Source: Lama guanicoe (taxonomy: Eukaryota). From it: a DNA stretch of 64,000 nucleotides. Of the stretch, positions 38,437 through 52,200 are shown in pieces. The position numbers and the translations under genes are program-made. Below the pieces are notes generated by a model. The model saw nothing but the letters and a program-made list of their open reading frames with translations, did not search any database and was not told the DNA's origin. The stretch is from contig MU054187.1 of NCBI GenBank assembly GCA_013239625.1, positions 16,856,711 through 16,920,710 of the forward strand, given 5' to 3'. Each line of letters starts with the position of its first letter. The stretch's first letter is position 1.

Positions 38437-39099
38437 AATACAACTTTTCAATAATTGGGCCTCATTAGTAGTATAATATTCTGCCTCAGGATGTAGTAAT
38501 TCCTATACTCCAGATTTACTAGAAACACCAAACAAAACAAAATAAAATGAGAGAGAGAGAGAACTTGTGGTCCTCTGCTGGGACTATCAGAATGTTCCAC
38601 AATGTAAGAGAATGAGATTTTTTAATTTTAGCTAATGCATTCAGATATTTACTTTTCTTTTTCATTCCATTTGTTTCTATTTCATTCTGGTCTAGACTAT
38701 CTCATTTTTAAAAATTCTGGCTACAGCTTATTACATGTATTTCAAAAATCACTAAGGGGTTAAAAAGTTTGAAAATCATGCAATTAAGTGGCATTTCCCT
38801 CTGAGAGCCTTTAATTTAGTGACACACATATATAAGTACGTAATTTGTACTTTCAGACTGGGGCCACTGATGCTCACCTGGTAATCTAGAGGCCAGTGTT
38901 GCCTGCTTGCTACTGTGTCTCCTTATTTCTGTATTCTAGTTCAATGTGATGCTCGGATGATGAAGTTAGAACTGCTTCCCTGATGTGCAACTCCCTTTTG
39001 TGGGTATGGGAGATTCCAAGGTCTAGCTAGGGTCCTCAGAAGCCTGTGATAGGGGAACTGAATTCAGCTTCTCTAATTTCCTGTCTTGTCCATAGTTCC

Positions 39100-39230
39100 T
39101 TCATTCTTTAGTGCATTAAATGTTTGTTGAACATTTATTGCATGCAAGGTGCTGTGTTTGTCACTGAAATTGCAACAGGAAATCAATGCAGACATGAGCT
39201 ATGCCTCCTTGAGATTATAATCTAGATTTA
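39100..39230 (-). mobile_element. L2 3' end
   Basis: aaatgtttgttgaacatttattgcatgcaaggtgctgtg...cagacatgagctatgcctccttgagattataatctag. Confidence 0.65.
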
Positions 39231-40639
39231 TAATCTTTCATACATACTCACACAAAAAAATATAGAACTTGCAACTTTCTGTGGCGCACTTCAGAGAGAT
39301 TCTCTTGCTTCTAAAATACCTCTTTCTACTGGTTTCCCTCCTCTCCCCACTGCTTCCCCAGTAAATACTGGGAATAAAATAACGTCTAGTAGGTAAATCT
39401 AAAAACATCATCAAAAGTATCTCTCTGAAAAGAGAAATGTGCTTTACCTCCTGCCCTAGCCCCCTCACATACAAATAGCATATTATACTGTCTTTGGAGT
39501 GAGGAAGGAGGGAAGGAAAGGTCTCAATTCCTGACAATTGATTTCCAAGTACAGATTTGGAATATGGTTCATTTGAATTTGAGGGTTTCCTACAAAGCAG
39601 TTTTGCAAAGCATAATAGCAATGACCACATTTTCAGCGAATTTGATTTATTTAATACATTAATTCTGTCGTAAAAAGCCAGGCCTCTGTACCTTTACTTT
39701 TCCTGAGGCAGGTAAAGGAGGGATGTAGTTTCACAGAACAAAACAGATTTGCTACTCCTGTTCTTCCCTTTGAACTGATTATTCCCTATTAAAATAGATT
39801 CTCCTTGAAGTTTCAGTCCACCTTCCGGTCACTGATGGTTTTCCTGAACAGTATTGGCAGGAAGCTCTGACTTTGATTTGGATTTTGAGCTTTAGTGTCA
39901 GGTTGAGTAAAGAGTTGATTAAATTATTTCACTTTATTTCTAAGGTACCATTTTTAAATGTCAGATCATTGTTAGATGCTAAACCTTTCACTGTATTTTA
40001 AAGGTGTATTTCAGCCTACTTTTAAAGAAAAAATACTCCCTAAAATATTAGATCAATAGAGCCTGAATGATGGAAATTTAGGCAGTTACGTTTAGTTGTC
40101 TGAAAATGAAGCCTACATTATAGGCATTGTTTGAAATCTTCCAAGCATTATATGTGGTTACTAGTACACTTTCCAGTGAGTGCCATGCATAGATCTCCAG
40201 TGATTCAGATTTCCAGTGATAAAGTCTCAGAATGAATCCTTATGACCAACAATGCATTTAATCTTATAGACACAGATATTTTATAAAAGTTAAAAGTTAG
40301 CCAAACAGTCACACTTAATATATGGCTCCCTATAGAACATCTTGCCACAATTTAAATATAATTTAATGTAAATTTGTCATTTTAACGTATTCCTAAGTAG
40401 GCAATAGTTTGGTTACATGGTTTCTTCTTTTTTCATCAAATGTCTTTCAAATGATAGATTGTAAAAATAGAAGACAGGTAAGGGCAAACGCAAGATGCTT
40501 GATTAAACATTTAGTCAGGAATTAAACAAAAGCACCAACTGCAAAGAGATGAGCCATTATATTGGACCATGTATAACAACAGTATATCATATTAAACCAT
40601 GTATCAGTTCTTCTTCTCTTAGTATTAATCTTATATGAA

Positions 40640-40865
40640 CACAATATAGGGTAAGGTTTTAGGGCTAGAAGCTTCGGCTTTGGGGTTAATCAGAATCTGT
40701 TTTCTCACATTAGTTACATGCCTCTAGGCAAATTATTTAACTTCTCCAAGCTTACATTTCTCCACTTATAAAATGTAGATAGTATTGCCAGAATTTAAAA
40801 TGGGACCAAATTAAATAATTTATTTAGAGTGCCTTGAAGTGCTTGGTAATCAACAAATAATAGTT
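40640..40865 (+). mobile_element. MIR SINE
   Basis: ggctttgggg...ctaggcaaattatttaacttctccaagcttacatttctccacttataaaatg...caacaaataatagtt. Confidence 0.7.
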
Positions 40866-43524
40866 CTTTTTCACACTTCCCTAGAGTGTTCATAATTCAC
40901 TTGTCAATTTAATCCAAATGTGGAGGTCCTGGAAAAGCATTATCAGAAGTACTAATTATCACTGCCCATCCTTCAAGTTCTGTGAATTGTGCAAACAGAA
41001 TTTTTTTCTTTCTTTCTTTTTTTTTTTTTTTGGCTGGTGCTTCTAGCCAAAGAGCTCTAAAAATCTAATGGGTCTCTTATTCTTATAACCATCTCCATCT
41101 CCCCAGTGCCATTGCTACCCAGAGCCCTCCAAGAATGATGTATTGCTTGAAGTTGTATTTCAGCAAGTTCTTATAACATTTTTTCCTGACTGCCTTGCTT
41201 CCTTGGCTTCAGCTTGCTATCAAAATCTTATTAGGTATTCTTCTATCATCAATTTTCTTCATAAATCTAGCTCAGTGAACCTATTTTATATCAAGTAATG
41301 TTTAAACACTAGTAGACTGATTGTGTTATAAGATTCATTAATCTTGCCATTTGATACTAATAAATGCCTCTAGGGTATTAGTTTTTGTTTGGTAGGTTTT
41401 ATTTCTTGAAAGGGTTAGCATCACTCTGGAGTTGGATGTCTACAGAGTCTAGCTTGAATATCCAGTGGTGATGAAGAAAAAAATTAGACCCTAAATGCTT
41501 TATTCATTGGATGCAATATTGAAAGTGCTTAAAAAAAATCTAAGTGACATTCCTGGTAGGTCAAACACTTAATTAGCAGTGAAAATTGATTGATGGTATT
41601 CTTATAAATTGTTAGTTTGGCACAGAGAATAAGAAATCATTGACCTCCTATCAGATTTTCAGTATCCAAGTTCCTTGTTTGTCTTCTTGATTTTCTTCAT
41701 CCAACAGTGCCTCATTCAGATTTCCTGCTGAGACTGCAAATTTTGTTTACCATATTTACTCCCGTACGATTTAAAAAATGTCATATTGTGGAGGGTTTTA
41801 TTATATGTTCTTTTCAACAATTATGGTGGGGATCAAGATAGCCTCCATCCTTGTAATCACATCATTCAAGGCAAAGTAAACTGTTTTACAATTATAGACA
41901 TGAACAACACAGTAAATGTTTTAAACTGTAGAATTATTAATGAACCGAAATCTACTCATCTGGTTTCTGAGATTTTTATTTCATGATCACACTAAAAAAA
42001 TAATAAACATTTCACTCAAAATTCATTGCAATATTACTTTCACTGGTGACAAGTTGAACCCAATCAAGATGACGCGTGCATCGAAATGAAAACTGGAGAA
42101 AATGATAGAAAATTTTAACAGGTTGATTTTGCTGTGTGATTATTTTATGTTTCCTTTTTTTGTTTTCTATTTTAATTGATAATATCCAAAAATTTTTTTA
42201 AAGATAAAACTTGTGTGTGTAGAGTGTGGAGAGAGAAAGAGAGAGGGTGATACTCTCTTAGTTCCCACACAAATTCAAGAGTGTCGTCCTTTATACATAC
42301 GGTACCAGAATTTAGTTCTAGAAATAAGCCCTGATATTTGTATGTTTATCTTTGTAAAGTTTTATTTTTAAAATACCAGGCATCTCTGAAAATAGTGAAG
42401 GTTAAAGCTGACCAAAATGATTAAGCAAGTTTAAATTTATTCTCATGACAGAATTCAGCAAATATGTCCTGAAAGTAATGGAATACACTTGACTCTCCTC
42501 AGGCCTGATTGCATCTTTATCATGTAGCTACACAATGTAAACACATAAAATAGCCAAGCATTCCACAACAGTAACAAAGCCACTGATACGTTACTTTTTT
42601 TAAATGAAAATCTTAACTTGTCATAACAATATGAATACCTGTGAAATTTGAACAGAAAGGTAAAATTTACTAAAGATCAACTGTCCCCTTTTACCAGCAG
42701 ATCATTGCTATTAACAATAGTGAACTAATAGTAGCAACTTTCATTAAAAAATAAAGTTTATTTTCCTTGGCTGCTGATTGAAATAAGCCTTACTAAAATT
42801 CTGTGCAGTTATGGCTTGTGCCACGTTGGGCCATGTACATTTTTCAGGCGGTGAGCGAAAATTGAGGAATTGAACACAAGATTTTGTGTTTTCACGACTT
42901 AAAGGAAATTTTTTGTCATTTTTATATTCAGTTGGAGACAAACAAATCCAACTCCATATTTTACAATAAAGACTCTTATGAAGTAAATATCATTACAGTG
43001 AAAGTAAAAGAAAACACATAGTCTTGCGCTCACTAGGCATTTGCTGTTTATGAATATTATCTTAAATGATTAGACCAGTATGGGGAGCGTTAATTATTTT
43101 AATGCTGAGATATTCTTTACAAAATGTATTTTTGTAATAGTAACATCACAGACAGAGTCTCAATATCTTTATTTTTGCTTCGGGACAAGTGAAAAGCATA
43201 ATTTGCACAGAGACCAGATTCTCCCCAAAGTGCAAAAATCCTCCTTTACATTCAGAACATATAATTGAGATGAAATGTTATCTGGATTAATATTAACAAT
43301 AGACAGCAGAGGTCCATACGTTGGCAATAATTATGCTTCCTTGGATGATTTTGAGGAATGATTTGGAAATTGGAGCAAAGTTAGAAAGTATTTAACTAAA
43401 TCTATCTTATAAGTTCTCTTCTAAACTCAGAGAGCCAAAAGTTTAGAATTGTCCTAGAATGTCCTATTTTTCTTATCAATTTAATGGATAAGTCAGTCAG
43501 TACCTGACCTAAATCACTGTGAAC

Positions 43525-43740
43525 CTGGTATTTACTGAGTGCTTCAATGTACATCATCTAACTTTCTCAGTAACCATATGGATGGTGATTATAACGCCAA
43601 CTGACATGTAAGGAACTGAAGATTTGAGGGAATACATAATACTCAAGATCACTGTTAGCAAATGATAGCATCAACCATCTTGGATTCCAATTTACACCTG
43701 CCTCCAGAACCAGTGCTTTGTAAGATTAGTCTGTTACACA
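43525..43740 (-). mobile_element. MIR SINE
   Basis: gtatttactgagtgcttca...ctcagtaaccatatg...gaactgaagatttgaggga...ctcaagatcactg...gcctccagaaccagtgcttt. Confidence 0.65.
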
Positions 43741-44930
43741 GCAGAACAGCATGTATCCAGGAGTCTAGACATGTAAGATGGCTCAACAATAGAATAATTC
43801 AAAAACTGACTTTTAAATTGCTAATCAATATTTTAAAAAGCATGCCACTGTAGCATATGAATAATGAATAGCCTATCATGAAGGCATGACATGCATGATG
43901 CCGCCCAAGGAGACAGTGATGTTGAAGTTCAAGCCGCAAGACAGCGAAGGGATGGGTTGCCCTGCAAATGGCAGATTAAAACACACTTACTGATTGCTAT
44001 TTTGTGTTGTAAAAAAAAATCTCAAATATAACGGAAGGAATTAATGTTAGGAAGGATATTTACTACTGAGCAGAAGAAAAGATTGGATTTGCAGACTGAG
44101 TGGACAATTTGCAAAGCAAAGCATCACAAGGCACTCAGATGATTCCAATGGATGATTTCAGAAGCACTTTGACATCTTTATTTTCTCATAATAAGTCACT
44201 TTAATATACTCCTATCTGCTGGCCAAAAAGATTTCCCATCTATTAAAAATGACTGATTTTTTTATGATTGCAAAATCTTTTTCTGACATTTTTAAGGAAA
44301 TGAGAGTAAATTGCAAACTGATTTTCTGTGAAAGAATCCACAAGTAAAGTGTGCTGATTAAATTTGAAAAACTAATATAAAAGTTTAGAGAAGTATTTTC
44401 CTATTTCCTATTTTTGATTGATATTATAGGCTTACTGAAGTCATCAAATATTTTATAAAATATTTAAAGACATTTTAAATATTTTATATGTTATATAAAC
44501 ATTGTATATTTACATTAAATATATGTATTTTTTATATTTAGTTTAAATTAAATGTGCTTAGTTTTTTACCACACCTATGTCCTAGTATGCTAAAATGCCT
44601 TTTCCTTTCTGGTACTACAATATTGAAACATAAATACTATTAATCCAGAACAGGTCAGTACCTAGCCTTCCAGAGACATGATCTACTGTCCATCTTTTTG
44701 CCATCAGTCAGTAATAGTTATATGTATAAAGGGGTTCTATTTTCCAGCTATTTTTGCCTACCTGAGACAAAATATGCAGAGAGGGCTGTACATAAAGCCA
44801 GTCTAAACCAGAGTGTTTGATCCATGTAGCTTCTCTACTGACTAGCTTTACACTTAAGTGAATATATAAGACCACTTCCTCCCACTCAGAGAAAGCTGTC
44901 TCTCAGTGACAGTCATCGTCAGCCTAATGC

Positions 44931-45668
44931 TTTTTTTTGTTTGTTGAAGTACAGTCAGTTACAATGTGTCAGTTTCTGATGTACAGCACAATGTCCCAGT
45001 CTTGCATATACATACATATATTTGTTTTCATATTTTTTCCATTAAAAGTTATTACAAGATACTGAGAATAGTTCCCTGTGCTATACAAAAGAAAGTTTTA
45101 AAAAATCTATTTATATATATATTGGCTAACATTTGTAAATATCAAACTCCCAAATTTATCCCCTCCTATCCTCTTTCCCCAGTAACCATAAGATTGTTTA
45201 CGAAGTCTGAGAGTCTGATTCTGTTCTGTAGATGAGTTCATAGTGTCCTTTTTTTTTTTTTCCAGAGTCCAGATGAGTGATATCATATGTTATTTTTCTT
45301 TCTCTTTCTGGCTCACTTCACTTAGAATGATCTCTAGGTCCATCCATGTTGTTGCAAATGGCATTATTTTATTCTTTTTATGGCAGAGTAGTATTCCATT
45401 GGATAAATATACCACAGCTTCTTCATCCAGTCATCTGTCAATGAACATTTAGGTTGCTTCCACATCTTGGTTATTATATATAGGGATGGTATGAATATTG
45501 GGGTGCATGTATCTTTTCACATTAGCCTTCCCTCCAGATATATACCCAGAAGTGGGACTGCTGGATCATATGGTAAGTCTATGTTTAGTTTTTTGAGGAA
45601 TCTACATACTGTTTTCCATAATGGCTGCACCAAACTACATTCCCACCAGCAGTGTAGGAGGGTTCCCC
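44931..45668 (-). mobile_element. 5'-truncated LINE-1 3' end including ORF2 C-terminus
   Basis: polyT at 44931; minus-strand [43 protein letters not shown] is the L1 ORF2 Cys-rich C-terminus. Confidence 0.95.
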
Positions 45669-46329
45669 AATCTAACTTTGGGAGAAAATAAGCAAGAGAT
45701 GAAAATATTTTGTTTTTGGTGGGAATTATGAGTAGCACTTTTTTTTTCTTTTCCTCATTTTTTAATTTAATACTATTATTACATGGTTTGTGTAGTTGTA
45801 AAGAGTCAGTGTACTCCCCACCCCTGACATCACACTGCTAGAGCCCTCACATACTCCCAGCACATGTTCTATTCTGGATGCACTGTTAACCCTGAAACTC
45901 AAGATCCCTGAAGCCAACGACCAATCGCACTACATTATTCGTATTTGAAGAGCACCAGGAAGATTTGACTGACCATGAGTATATCTCTTCCAGCTATTTC
46001 AAATTTCTAATTCAAATAATATTTCCTGGGAAATTCACACATCAATCAACACACATTGGGTACACATTCTACGTAAGATCTGTATAAATCTTATAACTCA
46101 TTAACAGTATCACAGGCTATAAATTAGGTAACTAGAGCAAGATATGGGCGAGGCCAGGAAGTGATGGGGAATAGAAGGTTAAGTTTTCATATGACTCAAA
46201 GAATTAGGAATATAAGTCCCATGAGTAAGACAGGCCGAGCGATCCACTACGAAGTGGAGGTCTACGTAACGTGGATAACTGCTGGACAACAGTGGAGGAA
46301 AACAAAAAACGTTTGCGATACTGTGTTCA

Positions 46330-46535
46330 CAATAATAATAGTTGTTTTACACAGAGTCTTGCCTATAAGCTGAAAGTGCTTCTTCTAGGCACATTATTTT
46401 ATAAACATTATCTTTAATTTTCAAAACTCTCTGAAGTAAGGATACATATCTTCATGTTATAAACAGGGCACCAACTGTAGAGACTTGAAGTAGCCACGTC
46501 CAAAGTCTGTTAATAAGTAGTTCAGCCAGGATTTG
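46330..46535 (-). mobile_element. MIR SINE
   Basis: aataataatagttg...ctaggcacatt...tctgaagtaagg...ttgaagtagccacgtccaaagtc...cagccaggatttg. Confidence 0.55.
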
Positions 46536-48096
46536 TCAGAGTACCCCCCAACTTCATGGTACATATTATTCATTTGTTCATTATCGTAAATTGAAATTTT
46601 CACAATGAGTTTCTTCATAGGTGCTTTTTTTAAAAGCCCTTTAGGTAATATTTAGCTCAAGCCTCTGTCTACTGGTCCTACTGCTTTTAACCCTGGAAAT
46701 ACAGTTATGCACGAAAGTCACAATTCCTGTGATCTAGCATGTCATTGCTCATTACTTCCTCCTGCCTCACTATTTTTCCACTGTATCCAAAAAGGAAATT
46801 CAACTAATAAATTTGATCCAAATTATGGAAGCCCATGCCCTAAATATATTTGCATTTTTTAAAAATGCAAAGTTGAGATAATTCATTTTCTAATTCCATC
46901 CTTTTCATGTTCCATTTCTCACATCCATGCATTTCTTATGATATTTTTAAAGTATAAGGAGAATAAAAAGAGTGAAGGATTGGAGAAAAAGAAAGCCATT
47001 CCTCCTTCTTTCTTCGTCCCTTCTCTTATGTCATATGAGTGGCCTTATTGGATAAATCCTGACAAATACTTTCCCTTCTTTTTTTCATTTGATCTTGTTC
47101 CTTTTTTTCAAAACCCTGCATGATTTAAATACTACCTAACTTTTCCACTTAGCTTTCTAGACGTTTAACAGCCTGAAGGTCCAAGAAGTCCCATGTGAGA
47201 TCATGAAAAAATATTTACATGTAGAAACGTATGTGATTTACAAATCATTAATGCATATGAGCTCAGTGGTCAGGATTCTTACTAATACAGGTATCTGGGG
47301 AACACAGGACCTGCAGTTACTGCCTAGCTATTTCCCAGTGGGTTTTATGTGGAATAGGAATTCTTCCTTGCCCCATCAGATCAATTCATATACACAGACT
47401 ATTTGGCAATGAATGATATGCGAGCTGGCAGTATTAGTGGTGAAAAAACATTCCTGGTTCTCATTCAAGATCACAGAGGTATGCCATTACAAAATACCAT
47501 CTTTCCTCTCTGTCCCTATAACACTACAAAGCAAAGTACGGTTATATTTTATGAAAAATATTCAAAAAACTTTAAAAACTCACACTTTCACAGCATTTAA
47601 GATGGAATGAATATTCAAAATGTCAAACTTTTCAATGTTTGGTAAACAAGGACACCCACCAAGTTAAATCTATTTGGCAAATTTCTCTTCTGAGGTAAAT
47701 ATAATCCTTTCATGATTATTAAAACCATGGCATGGTTAACATTTTTGATAACGCAGACCTAAATTAAATGAACATGTAGATGAATCAGTTGTTTCAAATG
47801 GCAACATTTTCAATTGTAAAGCAATTAATAATAGTTGATTTAAAAAGCAGTGCCTGTAGGAATGACTTTAAGCATCTCCTTTTATTTTCTTCTTCTTTCT
47901 TTTGAAAAAGAGATGCGCTTTGATAAGCTGTTTAAACATATTATGCATTATTAAAACTTAAAATTATATGCTTGACAGGCAGCATGTAGTTTTCTCTAGG
48001 GCTTCGCTGCAGTCTGTGGAACTTATTCGTTGCGATTTCATTGCCAATGGCAAAACACAGAACATTCTATAAATTGAAACATTTGGCTCTGGCTGT

Positions 48097-48108
48097 GGGA
48101 AATTCCCC
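48097..48108. promoter_or_regulatory. consensus NF-kappaB site
   Basis: GGGAAATTCCCC (reverse GGGGAATTTCCC), next to TGATAA (GATA) and TAAACA (forkhead) motifs; function not shown. Confidence 0.35.
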
Positions 48109-48436
48109 ATGATAAACAGGGCTTGGGGTTGGGGATGGGAAACAAACCTAACTGTTTTCATCCAGAAGAGAAAAAACTTCAGTGTGTGCTGAATTTGTGC
48201 TTCAGGTTTGTTTATCTCAGGGACTGAACTTTCTAAACAATGTGGGAATTGCAGTAATTTTAGAACCAGTGTAGATAAATTTACAAGTTAAATCACAATG
48301 TTTACAAAAGAATATATAGAGCAGTACACCTTACTTATACCAGATGCTGGTAAATGTGGACAGTGCGCTGTCAGTGCAAGTGGACATTAACTTGGCCATT
48401 CTTCATGCTGACTCCATTTTCCCAAATCTTTTTTAA

Positions 48437-48452
48437 GATGATGATGATGATG
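48437..48452. repeat. (GAT)5 trinucleotide repeat
   Basis: gatgatgatgatgatg. Confidence 0.9.
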
Positions 48453-49728
48453 GCGATTTTGAGCGGTATTGGCCTGCTATTTCCTGTCGTCATCAACATC
48501 TACTATGCCTTCAGTTTTGATTCTATATTTGATTCAATCATTTTCTTGAAATTGACAAATATCTATTACAATATTGGCCCATATAGATCAAGCCAACAAT
48601 ATTTTCTGTAGTAAGTACGCTTTTGCCCATAAGCATATAGGTGGTTGATTTTATACTCATGTTTATTATTACATCAATATAAAATTCAACTGAGGAACAC
48701 ATTTCTATGACTTTAAACATGCATATATACTGTTAATGCAACAGCTTTACATCAGATAAAATGATCAAGATTAGTAACCACAAACAAATTATTACCAATG
48801 CACAAATATCAAGGACACTTTCAAATGAACTACCGATACTTATTAATTAAACTTGTCAAATAATTACAGAATAATCACAGCTCTCATCAGCAACTGTGAT
48901 AAACTGATGACATTTGATTTAACAGAACATGTATAAATTTGCACTTGCTTAAAACATCTGCAAACTGTGGCAAACAGTTTTAGTGCACTGGGTGAGAGGC
49001 ATTTCTGCAAACACTATAACTGCATTTCCATCTTTCCTCCACAACCTGCAGCCTTCCCCTTCTTGTTTATTCCCTTCCTGTTTCCTGTCCTTTCTCCTCT
49101 TTTTGTTTATTTACTATCCCCCATCTTGTCTTTACTACAATTTTAAACCTTGTACGTATAATCCATGTTACTCTACTGTTAAACTCTAAATCTACAACAC
49201 TTAGATCTTTGTTTTATTTTAGCCTAGACATCTATGTGCACCAAATTTGTTTTCCAAATTCTATAATAATTGGCAGTAGGTTGGTTTTGATTAGATCATT
49301 CCTTTTTCAGATTGTGAGAAATTCACTGTACTTACTGGTTTCCTTCCTTACTATAGAGTTAGTCCTCCTGCAGTCCATATCTTCTGTGATCTCCTTCTGA
49401 GTTAAAGCCATAAATATCCATTCCCTGGACTGAATTCACCTGCCAGAAACTATTTCAAAATCATAGTGTGCTATATGCAGGAAAAGATATACATCTACAT
49501 ACCCGTTCCAACCAATCTTAGCCTTTTTGTAGATACAAAAGGGGAGAAAATGAAAACAAAAGAAACTTGGGTAATTTGGTTTTGTTTGTACATTGACCTA
49601 CACTGTTTGAAACATAGTGTCGGCGTGATAAAAACTCTTAATGTGTGTCAAGGCTTGCTGTTTGTAAAGAGCTTCAGAGGATGTTTACCTCACTAGACTG
49701 GAGAAATGAAGACAGAAAATGTGCCTAC

Positions 49729-49884
49729 ATGTTTTTTCTTCATCCATGTATCGGCAGTTCTTTGTGTAAAGCTTTTGTAACACACATCATCGGCAGCCCA
49801 GGATCATCAATTGTGAAAATAAATTTGTTTATTGTATCAGGAGTATTTTGGTGCTTTTGGAGGATCAGCAGATTCCTAATAAGT
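49729..49884 (-). pseudogene. candidate decayed exon (156 nt, symmetric)
   Basis: pyrimidine-rich tttttatttatatag| acceptor and CAT|gtaggc donor; one frame reads LIRNLLILQKHQNTPDTINKFIFTIDDPGLPMMCVTKALHKELPIHG* with a single late stop. Confidence 0.25.
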
Positions 49885-50009
49885 CTATATAAATAAAAAT
49901 ATTGAAGTGAATGAACAATGAGAAGCAAAGAATGATATGCATGGAGGGAACACAATGTGAAGAGACAGCAGTTTGGGTCACTCTCAGATGGTGCTAGATT
50001 GAACATTAA

Positions 50010-50130
50010 ATTGTTCGCTTTGCAGGTGATCTTGAAGCTCATCAGTTCTTACTTCCTAACATTGCAGATTTGGCAACTAAACTTCAGACAGGTTAAATGA
50101 TTATTTCCTTTTAACTAGCTGTCTATGACC
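50010..50130 (-). mobile_element. MIR fragment
   Basis: cattgcagatttggcaactaaacttcagacaggttaaatgattatttcc. Confidence 0.5.
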
Positions 50131-50269
50131 TCTTTAACTAGTTATTAAGCTAGTTGTGAGTGCCACGCCCAGAAAGATTTCCTACAAACCAGCTCAGTGG
50201 GCTTTCCACTGCAACGTGCCGCCCTCAGCCTGCGTAAACACAGAAGGACCACAGGAGAGTGGGATAAAC

Positions 50270-50400
50270 AGGGATTTAAAATTGAAGACCTTAGGCTCAT
50301 ACTACCTTTGCCATTTACCAGCAAGTAACTCAGTTGTGCTAAGCTTCAGTGTCCACGTGTATAAAATTAGTTTCATTCTATTTATCCTGGAATGTTAGAG
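50270..50400 (+). mobile_element. MIR fragment
   Basis: gaagaccttaggctc...ctttgccatttaccagc...ctaagcttcagtgtccacgtgtataaaat. Confidence 0.6.
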
Positions 50401-51423
50401 CAGATGCAGCCATCAAATAACATACTCTCTGCGAAGGAGAACCGAGCACTACAAATGTTTTTTAAATGCAAATACATTTGAGTTTAATCTATAGGCTATA
50501 ACTAAATATGAAGAACCAAACGAAATTCAATCATTTAATCATCATTTTCTACTTGGGCATTTCTTATTTAGCGTAGTCATTGCTTGACGAAACCTGCCCA
50601 CAAGCTACACAACAAACACAATAGTCAATACAAAAGATGTAAGTAAAAAGAGACATTGCTTTCTCTTCAGTGTTTATTTTACATGGCCAGGCTGTGTTCC
50701 AATCCCAACTGTTTTAGTTCATAAACTTTTCGTAGTCATGTATGGTACGCATAGCATAGCCAATGCCTTGTAGCAGGAGGAGGAAGGTACAGGATAAGCA
50801 GAGATTTTTGGGGCAGAAGTCAAACTTAACTCCTACCTTTTGCTGAAGACTAACAGGTAATCCTTGACCAAATTCTGCTGGTTCTAAACTTCCAACAGAT
50901 AGCTCTCCTTTCCTTCTCAAATTCTACCGCCTCAGACAATTACCATCATGTTTAATCAAGATACTGTATAACAGCTTCCCAAATACAATATTCTCTGCTT
51001 CAGCTTCTGGCCTCTTACACTTTGCATGGAACAAGGAAGTCAGAGCAATCTTTGAACAAACAAACAAGTCAGATTATCATGCAGTCTAAACCCTCTTACC
51101 GTTACCAGTGCACTGGCAGTGACTTCTGTCCTCTCCTTGGTGGCCTGGGGGCCACGGGTCATCCAATTGTTACCTAGTTCCCCAGATTCATATTAGACCA
51201 TCTGAATTCAGCTTCACTGGCTCCCTTCATATTGCTTGCACAGATTCAATTATTTTCTATCTGAGAACCTATAAACGTACACCTTTTCTCTGTCTGCATC
51301 CTGTTTTACTAACTCTTTGCATGGCTGGCTTCTGTGCTTAAATTTTATCTCCTCAGAGGACCCTTCCTGTTCCACGGTGCGTGTAACCATTCTTCATCTT
51401 CCAACAGATACTAACTGAGTGCT

Positions 51424-51724
51424 GGCTGTATACTGAATGCTTGTATCCCCTGAAAAATTCCTACATTGAAGCCTTTGAGAGGTACTTAGGTCATGAGGGT
51501 GGGGACCCCACTACAGCATTAGTGGCCTTATTAGCAAGAGAAGAGAGCTCATTCTCCCTCAGCCATGTGCTCCTACGGTGAGAAGGTGTCCGTATACAAG
51601 CCAGGAAGCAGGTCCTCGTCAGACACAGGCTGTGCTGCTCTTTACTTGAACTTCCCAGCCTCTAGAACTGTGAGAAATAGATATTTGATGCACTTTGGTG
51701 TATTAGCCCAAGCCAGCCGATACA
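51424..51724 (+). mobile_element. MLT1A/A0-like MaLR solo LTR (internally deleted)
   Basis: actgaatgcttgtatcccc...ttaggtcatgagggtgggg...caagccaggaagcaggtcctc...ttgaacttcccagcctctagaactgtgagaaata. Confidence 0.88.
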
Positions 51725-51799
51725 GCACCACAAACCAAGTTCTGTCCAGTTATTCCCTCTCATATCACTGTTATTTTTCCATAGAACCTAAGATAATTG

Positions 51800-51838
51800 T
51801 TAATTAATTAATTAATTGATTGATTGATTGATTGATTT
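51800..51838. repeat. (TAAT)/(TGAT) tetranucleotide repeat
   Basis: taattaattaattaattgattgattgattgattgatt. Confidence 0.9.
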
Positions 51839-52084
51839 ATCCATCCTGTCAATCTACAAGGGCTTAACCTTCAAGAGGCAAGGATTCTGTTGGTCTTGTT
51901 CATAGATATGGCAGCGGGGCTAAGCTTCATGTTTGGAATTTTATAAATAGTTAACATATGTATTGAATGAATAAATGATTTCACAAATATTTTTTGAGAA
52001 GCAGTTTGTGTCAGTCATTGATGGTTGCTAAGCACACATTTCTTCCCTTCATGATTGAAAGGAAACAAGCATGTAAGGATTTAG

Positions 52085-52200
52085 CCATTCAACAAATATT
52101 TTTCAAACACTGAATAAGTGTCAGGCACTGCTCGATGCTGGATGCCAGGAATAAGTTTGTGAATAAACACAACTCCAGCCGAAAGGAACTGACATAAAGG
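52085..52200 (-). mobile_element. L2 3' end
   Basis: cattcaacaaatatttttcaaacactgaataagtgtcaggcactgctcgatgctgga. Confidence 0.7.

Larger units (their letters stand above)
50860..51978 (+). mobile_element. L2 3' portion, interrupted by MLT1A
   Basis: gtcagagcaatctttg...aagtcagattatcat...tggctggcttct...ctcctcagaggacccttcctg; ends gaggcaaggattctgttggtcttgttca...tattgaatgaataaatga. Confidence 0.8.

Noticed and set aside
44915..45680. TSD or transduction for the second L1 3' end
   Set aside because: Flanks (agcctaatgc vs aatctaactt) match too poorly to call a TSD; no extra segment evident.
48354..48611. Plus-strand ORF with MMMMM and a hydrophobic stretch as a micropeptide
   Set aside because: The poly-Met comes from a (GAT)n repeat; T-rich DNA yields hydrophobic translations by chance; no other support.
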